Part shown: one piece after another, positions 11,460 through 23,050 of the stretch
Layout of the letters: each line of letters begins with the position of its first letter
How positions within the stretch are numbered: position 1 is the stretch's first letter
NCBI RefSeq assembly: GCF_963921235.1
Contig: NC_086097.1
Coordinates: forward strand, 107,014,001 to 107,078,000
Length of the DNA stretch: 64,000 nucleotides
Reading direction: 5' to 3'
DNA from: Mobula hypostoma
Lineage: Eukaryota
Made by a program: the position numbers and the translations under genes
The notes under the pieces: model-generated
Told to the model about the DNA's origin: nothing
Seen by the model: only the letters and a program-made list of their open reading frames with translations
The model's database searches: none

Positions 11460-12944
11460 AGGACATAAAGATCCCAGCCAGAGGCTCAGCAATCTCTTCC
11501 CTCGCCTCGTGGAGCAGCTTGGGGAATATTCCATCAGGTCCCGGGGACTTACCCGTCCTAATGTATTTTAACAACTCCAACACCTCCTCTCCCTTAATAT
11601 CAACATGCTCCGGAACATCAACCTCACTCATATTGTCCTCACTGTCATCAAATTCCCTCTCATTGGTAAATACTGAAGAGAAGTATTCATTGAGAACCTT
11701 GCTCACTCCAGGCACATCTTCCCACCTTTAAGTCTAATCGGTACTATCTTCACTCCTGTCATCCTTTTGTTCTTCACATAATTGAAGAATGCCTTGGGGT
11801 TTTCCTTTACCCTACTCGCCAAGGCCTTCTTATGCCCCCTTCTTGCTCTCCTCAGCTCCTTCTTAAGCTCCTTTCCTGTTACCCTATATTCCTCAATGGA
11901 CCCATCTGATACTTGCTTCCTAAACCTCATGTATGCTGCCTTCTTCCACCTGACTAGATTCTCCACCTCACTTGTCACCCATGGTTCCTTCACCCTACCA
12001 TTCTTTTTCTTCCTCACCGGGACAAATTTATCCCTAACATCCCGCAAGAGATCTCTAAACATCAACCACATGTCCATAGTACATTTCCCTGCAAAAACAT
12101 CATCCCAATTCACACCCGCAAGTTCTAGCCTTATAGCCTCATAATTTGCCCTTCCCCAATTAAAAATATTCCTGTCCTCTCTGATTCTATCCTTTTCCAT
12201 GATAATGTTCAAGGCCAGGGAGTGGTGGTCACTATCCCCCAGATGCTCACCCACTGAGAGATCTGTAACCTGACCCAGTTCGTTACCTAATACTAGATCT
12301 AGTATGTAACGAACCTAATCGCTCTGTCAACATACTGTGACAGGAATTCCTCCTGGACACACTTAACAAACTCTGCCCCGTCTAAACCCTTGGAACAAGT
12401 CAGGTGCCAATCAATATTAGGAAAGTTCAAGTCACCCATGATAACAACCCTGTTATTTTTTCACCTTTCCAAAATCTGTCTCCCAATCTGCTCCTCAGTA
12501 TCTCTATTACTACCAGGGGGCCCATAGAATACTCTCAGTAGAGTAACTGCTCCCTTCCTGTTCCTGACTTCTACCCATACCGACTCAAAAGAGGATCCTG
12601 CTACATTACCCCTCTCTTTCTGTAGCTGTAATAGTATCCCTGACCAGCAATGCCACTCCTCCTCCCCTTTCCCCCCTCTCTATCCCTTTTAAAGCACTGA
12701 AATCCAGGAATACTGAGAACCCATTCCTGCCCTGGTGCCAGCCAAGTCTCTGTAATGGGCACTACATCATAATTCCATGTATGTATCCAAGCTCTCAGTT
12801 GATGAAGTCCTCACTGGTCAGAAATAGTATCAGATGCTGGAGGGTGGCAAATGTTATTCCTTTGTTCAAAAAAGCTGTAGGGATAATCCGGGGAATTATA
12901 GACCAGCGAACCTTACATCTGTGGTGGGAAAATTATTGGACAGC

Positions 12945-13954
12945 ACCCTTAGGCAATCAGCAATTGCCTCTGATCTGGACCAACATTTACGTGCCGGGCG
13001 GCACCTAATTAATTACCTTGTTTATTTCGGCTTTTTTCTTAAAAATGTGTCGGATGTGTCCCGGCTACTGCTGCATTCTCCACGGCAATGTATCAGTCCT
13101 CAGCCTGGGGGTTGGGGTGGTGGGACACTGGGATGTCATCCCATCCTCATCTCTTTCCATTAGGGCAGGCAGGTCATCTTCTTTTATGTCTGCCTGCCTC
13201 GATGTCGAAGGTCGAGGTTCATCACCTGCTGTGGCTAATGTGGAAGGCTTGAAAAAGGACAGTATGCTTGACTGCTAGCCTCGCGCATTTTTCTATCATA
13301 CAGTTCTTTGTAAGCACTCAGACAATCTTGCAAATATGTCCTAAACCTACGTACCCTTTCAAAATGAAAGTCATACTTTTCTGCAATCATTGTTGTCGAT
13401 TGCAGCGAAAATCTCATGCAGTTGCTTCACGTTCAGTTCCTGGACAACTGCACTTTCGGTCCGTTCGCTACTGCATTCGATTTTGATTGTTATCCTTTCC
13501 TCTTCCAATTGCATCAGCTCTTCATCTATCAGTTCTTGGTCATGGGACGCCAAAACCTCTTCGACATCATCTTCGTCAACTTCCACAAGCCAAACTCACT
13601 TTGTCCTTGCTTCGTTCACCATGATCGAAATGCTTAATTATGTCTAGTTTTACGTTAAGTGTAACACATTTACAAGCTCTTCTAGGTTTTTCCGATACCT
13701 TAGAACTCATCTTGCTAATGGCTGCTCACAGGCATGTGTTTAAGCAATGCCGGCTAGAATGCAGTTCCGAATCCGGGGGAGAAGCGGCTGCTCAGGGCGG
13801 GCGCTGCCTTTTATCACGCGCTGCTTTTTTTCGCGCACTACCTTTTTTCATAACAGTGAAAACAACTTCTGTTAGCAAAAACAGGTAACTAATGTAGGTC
13901 TTTCGTAACAGTGAGGTTTCGTAAAGCGAATGTTCGAAAAGCGGGGGACACCTG
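12945..13954 (-). mobile_element. Tigger-like DNA transposon derivative (one TIR + transposase C-terminus)
   Basis: Minus-strand TA-CAGGTGTCCCCCGCTTTTCG terminus at 13954; ORFs EVDEDDVEEVLASHDQELIDEELMQLEEE and ERVRRF...YKELYDRK. Confidence 0.85.
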
Positions 13955-14365
13955 TACGCCAGACTACAACAGCACCCCCCTTATCAATGGGTTTTATAGT
14001 AAGGTTAGGATTGGTGCGGGGAGAGTGGAGAGCAGAGCATTCAGAAGGAGTGAGGTTGGAATTGGAACAAGATGTGGTGAAGTCGAAATGGTTGATGTCC
14101 TGTTGGCAGTTAGCAATAAAGAGATCCAGAACAGGCAGAAGACCAGAGTGGTGTGTCCATGAAGATGAGGAGGGTTGAAGACAGGAGAAGGGATCATCGG
14201 TGGGGGTGGGAGAGTCCTTGCTGAAGAAGTAGGCTCGAAGATGGAGCCGGCAGACCCTTCTTTCAGTTAGTCCTGACAAACGGTCTCAGCCTGAAATGTC
14301 GACTGTACTTCTTCCTATAGATGCTGCCTGGCCTGCTGCATTCCACCAGCATTTTGTGTGTGCTG
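13955..14365. mobile_element. PLE remnant: minus-strand RT N-terminus joined to a short inverted plus-strand 3' end
   Basis: ORF 13872..14279 RLHLRAYFF...IKPIDKGGAVVVW; ~14255-14365 cagttagtcctgacaaacggtctcagcctgaaatgtcgac...tgtgtgtgctg. Confidence 0.85.
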
Positions 14366-15750
14366 ATGAAGGTAGAGCACAAGGTTCCCCAATGTAGGCT
14401 CATTCAGTAAGCAAGGAGGCAGGGGATTCAGGGAAACTTGACTGCGTGTATTCAGAATTGCCTTCCCCACAGGGATTAGAGTGTATTCTGCCTGGAGGTC
14501 ATCGATCAGTAGTGTCCCACAGTGATCCGTTCTGGGAGCCCTGCTTTGTGATTTTTATAAGTGACTTGGATGAGGAAGTGGAAGGATGGGTTCATAACAT
14601 TGTAGTTGACACAAAGACTGATAGTATTGAGGATACCATAAACAGCTATCATAAGTGACAGCTACCACTACTACGTCAACTCAGGTCTATTGGGCATCGG
14701 GCATGACGATGGAGTCTCCATTCTCCCTCACCCCCATCAGTGTGTTCAGTTCATTTACATTAGCCGCACCACTGTCTTCTAGGAGCGTGCTGTCCATAGT
14801 CTTGGGAGGGCGCCTAGGGTTTATCCTTCCATGCTTGGGCTCCGATATGATGACGAGGCTTGCAGGTAGCTCGGGGTGGTGTAGACAGTGTCCTGCTAGT
14901 TGCAGTCTTCTCCCTTCGATTTTAGTGGTGAGCATTGGTAGGTCGTCATAGAGCTCGACGTTCGTCATGTGCTGTTGCCACCCCGGAGCATTTGTGTATA
15001 GCAACCATCTAGGGACTTTTGCATAGTCTTGGTGAATGTCCATGTCTCGCATTCGTACGTGAGAATGGTCTCTATGACTGCTATGAAGATCCTCTTTTTA
15101 AGCCCTCTGGTCAGATTCGACTTCCAGATTTCCTTCATGTCGTTCATAGCCCTCCATGCCAGTGCCTTCTGTATCTTTATATCCTTCTCTGAACTCATCA
15201 TTCTTGATTCTTGAAGTGACAGCAGTTTATCAATAAGATGCAAAGCTGGGCTGAGAAGTGGCAGATGGAGTTCAATACAGCAAAGTATGAAGTGATACAC
15301 TTTGGAAAGTTAAAATTAATGTCAGAGTAGAGGATCAACGGCAAGATTGTTAGCAATGTGCAGGAACAAATGGATCTTGGGCCAAGTCCAAAGATCTTTC
15401 AAAGTTGCTGTGCAGTGGTTAAAAATTCCTAACACACATTGGCCTTCACTAGTCAGATAAATGAGTTCAAGAGATATGAGGTAATATTACAGCTCTATAA
15501 AACCTGATTAGACCAAACTTGGAAAATTGTGTTCAGTTCTGGTCACCTCATTATTGGAAGGAGCTTTAAAGAGGGTAAAGAGGAGATTTATCAGGATGCT
15601 GCCAGGATTAGAGAGCATGTCTTACGAGGATAGCTTGAGCAAGCAAGGGTGTTTCCCTTTGAAGCAAAAGATGGATGAGGTGACTTGATAGATATGTACA
15701 AGTTGATAAGACATAAAGAGAGAGTCAACAGCCAGCAACCTTTTCTAGGT
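14366..15750 (+). mobile_element. Degenerate CR1 RT fragment interrupted by an RTE element
   Basis: FVIFISDLDEEVEGWV; WAEKWQMEFN; RPNLENCVQFWSPHY. Confidence 0.8.
14663..15213 (-). mobile_element. 5'-truncated RTE/RTEX-clade LINE
   Basis: KDIKIQKALAWRAMN..KEIWKS, ILTYECETWT, RRLQLAGHC; (GTA)n-like tail; 10 bp TSD aagtgacagc at 14653-14662 and 15214-15223. Confidence 0.85.
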
Positions 15751-16499
15751 TAGACCAACTGAATATGACAACACTGCCATAAAAATGAGAGTTCCCAACA
15801 TTCATTCAATGATGTCTCAAGGGTCAAGTCAATCACCAGCAACATTCTGCTGACTAAAACCTACTGTTCTCCCCCAGCTGAGGGATCAGTGTTCCTCTAC
15901 AAATGACATGATAGACATTAATCAGGAACCAAATAATGATGATTAATTGGCCTTTGTATACAATATGGCATAAATTTATTTATAAAATTGGTTTGGAATG
16001 CACCCACGCAATTGGACAATATGATGCCCAGTGACAGAGAAAGGATATGCTATGATTATTTTTTAAATAGATTCTGGTTAATAGACTGTTTTCCTAAACA
16101 TCAGCTTTACATGCAACTCCACCTTTTACCTTTACTGGAAGCTGTTATTGATTCTGCTCTCATTACCCTTACAGGCAATGAAAAGAAACAGAGTTTGGTA
16201 AATTTAAAATGTGTGTGCAAAACAAAGGCTTGCTCAGTTTACAAACAGCACATGAAACAAAGTAAATTTAAATCAAACATTTTAGTTTAAATGAAGCAAA
16301 TGAACAGTGTTTACATTTACAGGCAAGAAAAAAGGTAAGTGGAAAGGCATATTGTGAGAAGGTAGTTCATCAGAGAGATATTGATCAGATAGGTGAATGG
16401 GAAAAATCTTGGTATATTTTAGTAAGTTCATTTGGGGCAAGTAAAACAATAAGTAATTTAGTAGTAAGAATATCTGAAGTCCAATATTTGATTGTCAAG

Positions 16500-17994
16500 G
16501 CAGTTAACTTTAATAAGCACGGCTATGCCAGGGCAGCACACAGTCCCGAAATGCCCATCCTGTACCACTTGATACTGGACAACCAAACATTCAGGAATTG
16601 CCACCGCAGGAGCTCAGCCCCGAGATTTAGGAGCCTAAGCAACAACCGATGTTTCATGGTTGGCATATTTCAGGAGGTGAAGACTGTAGGCGGTGAAAAC
16701 AGCCAGCCAGAGAAAAAGGAGTAAGTAGGTAGTTTGGAAGACCTGGAGAGCATCCAAGTCTCTTGACAGTATTCAGTTTTGAACAGTGCTGAGGGCAAGT
16801 ATCTCTCTGGAGAATCTAGTTAAAGCCAAGTCCATGCACCATGGGTGGCTCAGCTGTGCAGGAAGGAAAAAAAAAGACCAAGAGCGAAATAGTAAGAGGG
16901 GATTCCATAATTAGGAAAATAGTAAAGCTTGTCAATGTGTGAACTCAAATGCACTGTTTGCATTTGCACTGAAGACCTAAGGACACTAAGTATGATATTT
17001 GAGCCCTATCATGGAAACATTGTTTGAAGAAAGAAATCAGCTCAACACTCCTGGTTACAGAGCATTCATATGAAATGTTCATGTAAAAAGGGAAGAGAAT
17101 GTGGGAATATTGGTTCAAAAATCAATCACTGCAGTGAGAAGAGATGATACATTAAAAGGAATCAACACACGAAGAGTTACGTGTTGACATAAACAGCAAA
17201 ATCACAATACTGGAAATGTACTGTCGACCTCCAAACAATTCATGAAAAATGGAACCAAAATATAGGCATATTTCTGAGAACTGAACAAATCCTTGGAAAA
17301 AAATAGTGGGAGATTTCTGTAACTGTGCAGTGCAAAATTATCGAGGGTGTGAGAATGATGAGGAGGGGGGCAGAGAATCCTGAATTGCATTTAGAGAGAG
17401 ATCATTAGCCAATCCGATGGCAAGCCCAACACAAATGGTGGCAGGGAAGGGCAAGTTTGAATTTCATTTTATGGACTGAGGCTGGGCAGGTGCAGGGATA
17501 TCACCGGGAAAATACTTTAAAGGCATTAATCATACATTAGTTAAATTTTGCATAGTTAAGGGCAAGGGCAAAATTAAAATTGGAGTAAGAATTCTAAGTT
17601 TAGACACTAAGGGGAGATTCGGCAAAAGCTTAACAGAACCAGTTGTCAATAAAACAGCCTGAATGCAACATGAGACTCTTCTCATAACAACTTCAAGTAG
17701 TTCAGGTCAAAAGGTGAAGGTGGGATTGCCAAATCTAGAGCCTTCTGGGTGGCAGTGTATAGAGGGTAGGATAGGGCAAAACAGGGAAGCTTATTTCAGA
17801 TACCAAATCTTAATCTGTAGAAGTAAGGAAATTAAGTGGTGAAATTAAAAGAAAGAGGACAAAAAAAGTATTGCTAGTAAAATCAAAGAAAATCCAAACA
17901 CATGTAGAAGAATAATCAAGAATGGAGCCTATTAGTGAAGTATAGGACGTGCGTAAAGTCTTCTGCAGTTGTTTTTACAAGTGTTGAAACTATA
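16500..17994 (+). mobile_element. Highly degenerate CR1 (ORF1 and endonuclease remnants), host of the PLE at 18008
   Basis: Remnants such as gggattccataattagg (GDSII), gaggggggcagagaatcctgaattgc and aaatcaaagaaaatccaaa. Confidence 0.5.
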
Positions 17995-18067
17995 GTGTGA
18001 AATACTATACTCCTGGGCCCTCAGAGGCTCCATCTTCCTCTCACCCCAACCCTCCCCTCTCCACTGA

Positions 18068-20302
18068 AACCACCAGCCTCCCCCCTCTGATCCCAGCTCT
18101 CATCCGTGCCGGGTCTTTACCATCCCCTCCGACCTTCAACTGTCGGAGGCAGAACGCTCTGTTCTCAGTAAGGGCCTCACGTTTGTCCCCCTTCGCCCAC
18201 ACCTCAGCGAGTTCCGTGTTCGCCACGATGCGGAACTTTTCTTCCGCCGTCTCCGTCTCCGAGCCTACTTCTTCGGCAAGGACTCTTCCACCCCCACCGA
18301 TGACCCCTTCTCCCGTCTTCAACCCTCCTCTTCTTCATTGACACCCCGCTCTGGTCTTCTGCCTGCTCTGGATCTCTTTATTGCTAACTGCCGACGGGAC
18401 ATCAACCGTCTCGACTTCACCGCACCTTGTCCCCATTCCAACCTCACTCCTTCGGAACGCTCTGTTCTCCACTCCCTCCGCACTAATCCTAACCTTATTA
18501 TTAAACCCGCTGATAAGGGGGGTGCTGTTGTAGTCTGGCGTACTGACCTCTACCTTGCCGAGGCGCAGCGACAACTCGTGGATACCTCCTCTTATTTACC
18601 CCTCGATCGTGACCCCACTAAGGAGCACAAGGCCATTGTCTCCCACACCATCACCGACTTTATCCGCTCAGAGGATCTCCCATCTACTGCTACCAACCTC
18701 ATAGTTCCCACACCCCGCACTTCCCGTTTCTACCTGCTACCCAAGATCCACAAACCTGCCTGTCCTGGCCGACCTATTGTCTCAGCTTGCTCCTGCCCCA
18801 CCGAACTCGTTTCTGCATACCTCAACACTGTTTTATCACCCCTTGTTCAATCCCTTCCGACCTATGTTCGTGACACTACTCACGCTCTTAAACTTTTCGA
18901 TGATTTTAAGTTCCCTGGCCCCCACCGCTTTATTTTCACCATGGATGTCCAGTCCTTATATACTTCCATCCCCCATCAGGAAGGTCTCAAAGCTCTACGC
19001 TTCTTTTTGGATTCCAGACCTAATCAGTTCCCCTCTACCACCACTCTGCTCCGTCTAGCGGAATTAGTCCTTACTCTTAATAATTTCTCCTTTTGCTCTT
19101 CCCATTTCCTCCAAACTAAAGGTGTAGCTATGGGCACCCGTATGGGTCCTAGCTATGCCTGCCTTTTTGTTGGGTTTGTGGAACAATCTATGTTCCGTGC
19201 CTATTCTGGTATCTGTCCCCCACTTTTCCTTCATTACATCGACGACTGCATTGGCGCTGCTTCCTGCACTCATGCAGAACTCGTTGACTTTATTAACTTT
19301 GCCTCCAACTTTCACCCTGCCCTCAAGTTTACCTGGTCCATTTCCGACACCTCCCTCCCCTTTCTAGATCTTTCTGTCTCTGTCTCTGGAGACAGCTTAT
19401 CCACTGATGTCTACTATAAGCCTACTGACTCTCACAGCTATCTGGACTATTCCTCTTCTCACCCTGTCTCTTGCAAAAACGCCATCCCCTTCTCGCAATT
19501 CCTCCGTCTCCGCCGCATCTGCTCTCAGGATGAGGCTTTTCATTCTAGGACGAGGGAGATGTCTTCCTTTTTTAAAGAAAGGGGCTTCCCTTCCTCCACT
19601 ATCAACTCTGCTCTTAAACGTATCTCCCCCATTTCACATACATCTGCTCTCACTCCATCCTCCCACCACCCCACTAGGAATAGAGTTCCCCTGGCCCTCA
19701 CCTACCACCCCACCAGCCTCCGGGTCCAACATATTATTCTCCGTAACTTCCGCCACCTCCAACGGGATCCCACCACTAAGCACATCTTTCCCTCCCCCCT
19801 TCTCTCTGCATTCCGCAGGGATCGCTCCCTACACAACTCCCTTGTCCATTCGTCCCCCCCATCCCTCCCCACTAATCTCCCTCCTGGCACTTATCCGTGT
19901 AAGCGGAACAAGTGCTACACATGCCCTTACACTTCCTCCCTTACCACCATTCAGGGCCCCAAACAGTCCTTCCAGGTGAGGCATCACTTCACCTGTGAGT
20001 CGACTGGGGTGATATACTGCGTCCGGTGCTCCCGATGTGGCCTTTTATATATTGTTGAGACCCGACGCAGACTGGGAGACCGCTTTGCTGAACATCTATG
20101 CTCTGTCCGCCAGAGAAAGCAGGATCTCCCAGTGGCCACACATTTTAATTCCACATCCCATTCCCATTCTGACATGTCTATCCACGGCCTCCTCTACTGT
20201 AAAGATGAAGCCACACTCAGGTTGGAGGAACAACACCTTATATTCCGTCTGGGTAGCCTCCAACCTGATGGCATGAACATCGACTTCTCTAACTTCCGCT
20301 AG
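18068..20302 (+). CDS. PLE polyprotein: reverse transcriptase, Cys-rich linker, GIY-YIG endonuclease (5'-truncated)
   Basis: Frame of ORF 18338..20302 is open from 18068 (LSKGLTF.P, FFRRLRLRAYF); KPADKGG, FYLLPKIHK, GRPIVS, MDVQSLYTSIP, GVAMGTRMGPSYA, YIDD, LPFLD, CKRNKCYTC, VIYC..C..C..YIVET, HF, LEEQ. Confidence 0.9.
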   Translation, partial: NHQPPPSDPSSHPCRVFTIPSDLQLSEAERSVLSKGLTFVPLRPHLSEFRVRHDAELFFRRLRLRAYFFGKDSSTPTDDPFSRLQPSSSSLTPRSGLLPALDLFIANCRRDINRLDFTAPCPHSNLTPSERSVLHSLRTNPNLIIKPADKGGAVVVWRTDLYLAEAQRQLVDTSSYLPLDRDPTKEHKAIVSHTITDFIRSEDLPSTATNLIVPTPRTSRFYLLPKIHKPACPGRPIVSACSCPTELVSAYLNTVLSPLVQSLPTYVRDTTHALKLFDDFKFPGPHRFIFTMDVQSLYTSIPHQEGLKALRFFLDSRPNQFPSTTTLLRLAELVLTLNNFSFCSSHFLQTKGVAMGTRMGPSYACLFVGFVEQSMFRAYSGICPPLFLHYIDDCIGAASCTHAELVDFINFASNFHPALKFTWSISDTSLPFLDLSVSVSGDSLSTDVYYKPTDSHSYLDYSSSHPVSCKNAIPFSQFLRLRRICSQDEAFHSRTREMSSFFKERGFPSSTINSALKRISPISHTSALTPSSHHPTRNRVPLALTYHPTSLRVQHIILRNFRHLQRDPTTKHIFPSPLLSAFRRDRSLHNSLVHSSPPSLPTNLPPGTYPCKRNKCYTCPYTSSLTTIQGPKQSFQVRHHFTCESTGVIYCVRCSRCGLLYIVETRRRLGDRFAEHLCSVRQRKQDLPVATHFNSTSHSHSDMSIHGLLYCKDEATLRLEEQHLIFRLGSLQPDGMNIDFSNFR

Positions 20303-20595
20303 GCCCCACCTCCCCCTCGTACCCCATCTGTTACTCATTTTTACGCACACATTCTTTCTCTCACTCTCCTTTTTCTCCCTCTGTCCCTCTGAATATACCT
20401 CTTGCCCATCCTCTGGGTCACCCCCCCCTTGTCTTTCTTCCCGGACCTCCTGTCCCATGATCCTCTCGTATCCCCTTTTGCCTATCACCTGTCCAGCTCT
20501 TGGCTCTATCCCTCCCCCTCCTGTCTTCTCCTATCATTTTGCATCTCCCCCTCCCCCTCCAGCTTTCAAATCCCTCACTCACTCTTCCTTCAGTT

Positions 20596-20631
20596 AGTCC
20601 TGACGAAGGGTCTCGGCCTGAAACATCGACT
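20596..20631 (+). ncRNA. Minimal type I hammerhead ribozyme motif (GTC>ATC variant)
   Basis: AGTC CTGACGA AGGGTCTCGGCCT GAAAC ATC GACT; stem I AGTC/GACT. Confidence 0.75.
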
Positions 20632-21546
20632 GCGCCTCTTCCTATAGATGCTGCTTGGCCTGCTGCGTTCACCAGCAACTTTGATGTATGTTGTGTGAAA
20701 TACTAGATGGGAGCAGCACAATTAAAGCATAAATATTGTTTAGGTTTTTAAAAATAGATGATATCAAGAGGAAATCAGATGACAAGAGCACGAAATGAGG
20801 CTATTTGACCCTTTGAGTCTGCACTACTTCTGTGCACGAGTGAATCAATGAGTCTACCTCTCGCAGCCTCTACCAATAGCCCTGTAAATTGTTTTCTTTT
20901 AACTTTTAAATACTTAAGCTGCCTTTTAAATGCTACAGTTTGTTCTTTTAATTATCACAATCCCTGACAGCAATCCAGACTACAATATTCACTGTGCAAA
21001 AATACATTTTTATTCTGTCACTCTTAAGTCTTCTTGCCAATCACTTTCACTCAAGTCCAGTAGTTCATGACCTCTCCACCAACAGGAATAGTCTCTATCT
21101 ACATTACTCTTCATTATGTTAAATGCCTCCATCAATCTCCTCCCAGCAGCCTCTATTCCAAGGAACACAATCCAAAATCTCTAGTCCATTCACAGAACTA
21201 ATCTCTCTCATTCTTGTTACTAACTTGGTAAAGACACTCCAGTTTTGACCAAATAAATACTGTATAAAGATGCATCATGATTTTTCAATGTGCCCCTACA
21301 ACTTTCAACAAGGCATGAAAAGACCCCGAGATCTCTCTGTTCCTGTAACACTTTCAAAATCATAACTCCCTGTTTTAGTTTCATCTCATTCATTCTTCCA
21401 AAATGCTGGTTTCATACATCTTCATATTCAATTTCATTTGCTACCTGTTGCATCTCACTAAATCAATCCATTACACCCTCAAATGTTATATCATCTAAAT
21501 ATTTAAAAATTGCATCCTATACATCAAAGTGCGAATTATTAATATA

Positions 21547-22085
21547 CTAGATTCTGGTTAATTGAGCCATCAGTTAATTGGGACTTATTTGGGGAAAACT
21601 CTGAAAGAACAAAACAGAAGACTGTTAGCAAACAGTTTTTAACTATTGTCCATTGTGTTCATTTGTGTGGCCGCTAGACACTACACTGTGCTTACAGCGA
21701 ACAGTTTTTAAATAGCATGAACTGCATGTGCTTGTATTATGTTATGCATTTGGGCCAACAGACACTGATTCAAAGAGCAGCGATTCATGATAATTTTGTT
21801 TTTTTTTATTTTGAAGGCAGTCCCTTAGCTGAACCAGGTGTCTGTGCTAATTTTCTTCATCTACAGTCAATCAAGTTGATTAATTCCTCCACTGATAACT
21901 ATTAGGAACTAATGCATGGTTTTATAGTACTGAAGTAGTATTGGTAGTGTTCAAATGTGTTCTGCATTTCATTTAAATACACAGTTTGTGTCTCAGTTAA
22001 ACAGTAGTTTGGCTAATTTGGACAGCCGCTTAATTGGGCCAAAATGTACTGGTCCCATTGTTCCCTAATTATCCAGAATCCACTG
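21547..22085 (+). mobile_element. Tigger-like MITE, same family as 5019-6395, opposite orientation
   Basis: Left tagattctggttaattg, right ccctaattatccagaatccactg-TA; 21830-22085 is the reverse complement of parts of 5019-6010. Confidence 0.75.
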
Positions 22086-23050
22086 TATATAGCAAGAAAA
22101 GCAAAAATACTGGTGCCAAATCCTGGAGAGAATTCCACTGTAACCTTCCTTTTTGCCTGACAAATTTTTAATTGAATACAGTTTACATCCTCTGTTTTAA
22201 CAAAGGATATAAATATATTGAAAAAGTTGACAGGAAGTTTACCTCGACCATACCTGGAATGGGGAAAGATAATTATGAGAAAAGATTGGACAGCCTGGGT
22301 TAACTGCTAGAGTTTACAAGAGAAATTATTTAATCGAAACACACAAGATCCTGAAAGGTCTGCATCTACCTTGACAGAATGGATGTGGACAGAACATTTT
22401 CTCTCCTATGGGAATCAAAAACTAGGGTGTCACTGTTTGAAAATAATGGCTTGCCCAATTTGAAAACAAAATGACATGAGCAAATTTCTGTCCGGCTCAT
22501 GACTTTTTTTGAAACTGGCTTCCTAGAGGTCAGTCTTTGAATATTTTACTACAGTGTGAGTTAAAGTAGGATGAAGTTAACTGGGAGTAGGCAGTAATAC
22601 AGAGCTAAGGTTAAACAGATAAGCCATGATCTTATTGAAAGGTGGAGAAGACTTGAAGAGCTATTCTATCTCCACATTCCTATAATACTTAGCCAATTTT
22701 GTCTTTAAGGACTCGATATGAACTTTTTCTAAATAATCTACACTTCTCCAGGTGACAGTTATATTGTTGCTGGGTAATGCTACCAGAACCTCTCCACCAT
22801 TGAGATTAAGCAGACAGGTTTATATGTTTCATATGTTTTAAAGAGCATAACTCTAATTTTTTTCTTATTCAGGTACCATCTGGGAATTGTCAGATTTAAG
22901 AATAATGTCAAGGCCTTCCTAGTAACTTTCCTTTTTCCAAATTCAGTGCATAAAAAACTCGGACACATTCTCCTTTGCTGAAATACTAGCAGCATCTTTT
23001 ATCAGAATATTAAAAGAAGCAAAGAAACAAATCACAGAATTTCATATTTC

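Larger units (their letters stand above)
6534..12797 (-). mobile_element. CR1 LINE ORF2 (outer element), split by a plus-strand CR1 and a mini-PLE
   Basis: Minus ORFs 11703..12254, 11434..11715, 10668..10850, 10517..10699 and 6700..7146 are collinear CR1 ORF2 pieces; 7201-7258 joined to 10515 onward reproduces 29165-29260; (TTCTATG)-type tail at 6534-6550. Confidence 0.93.
18008..20692 (+). mobile_element. Young 5'-truncated Penelope-like retroelement (Neptune-like)
   Basis: Long RT+GIY-YIG ORF, pyrimidine-rich 3' UTR, terminal hammerhead; 13 bp TSD gtgtgaaatacta at 17995-18007 and 20693-20705. Confidence 0.95.

Noticed and set aside
19407..19979. 190 aa overlapping ORF inside the PLE gene
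   Set aside because: Alternative frame of a C-rich, stop-poor region with no recognisable domain; copies are too similar to show selection
20418..20678. Recurrent ORF MLVNAAGQAAS... as a conserved small protein (also 24038, 46040, 48860)
   Set aside because: Antisense reading of the PLE 3' UTR; recurrence reflects copy number, and length varies with indels
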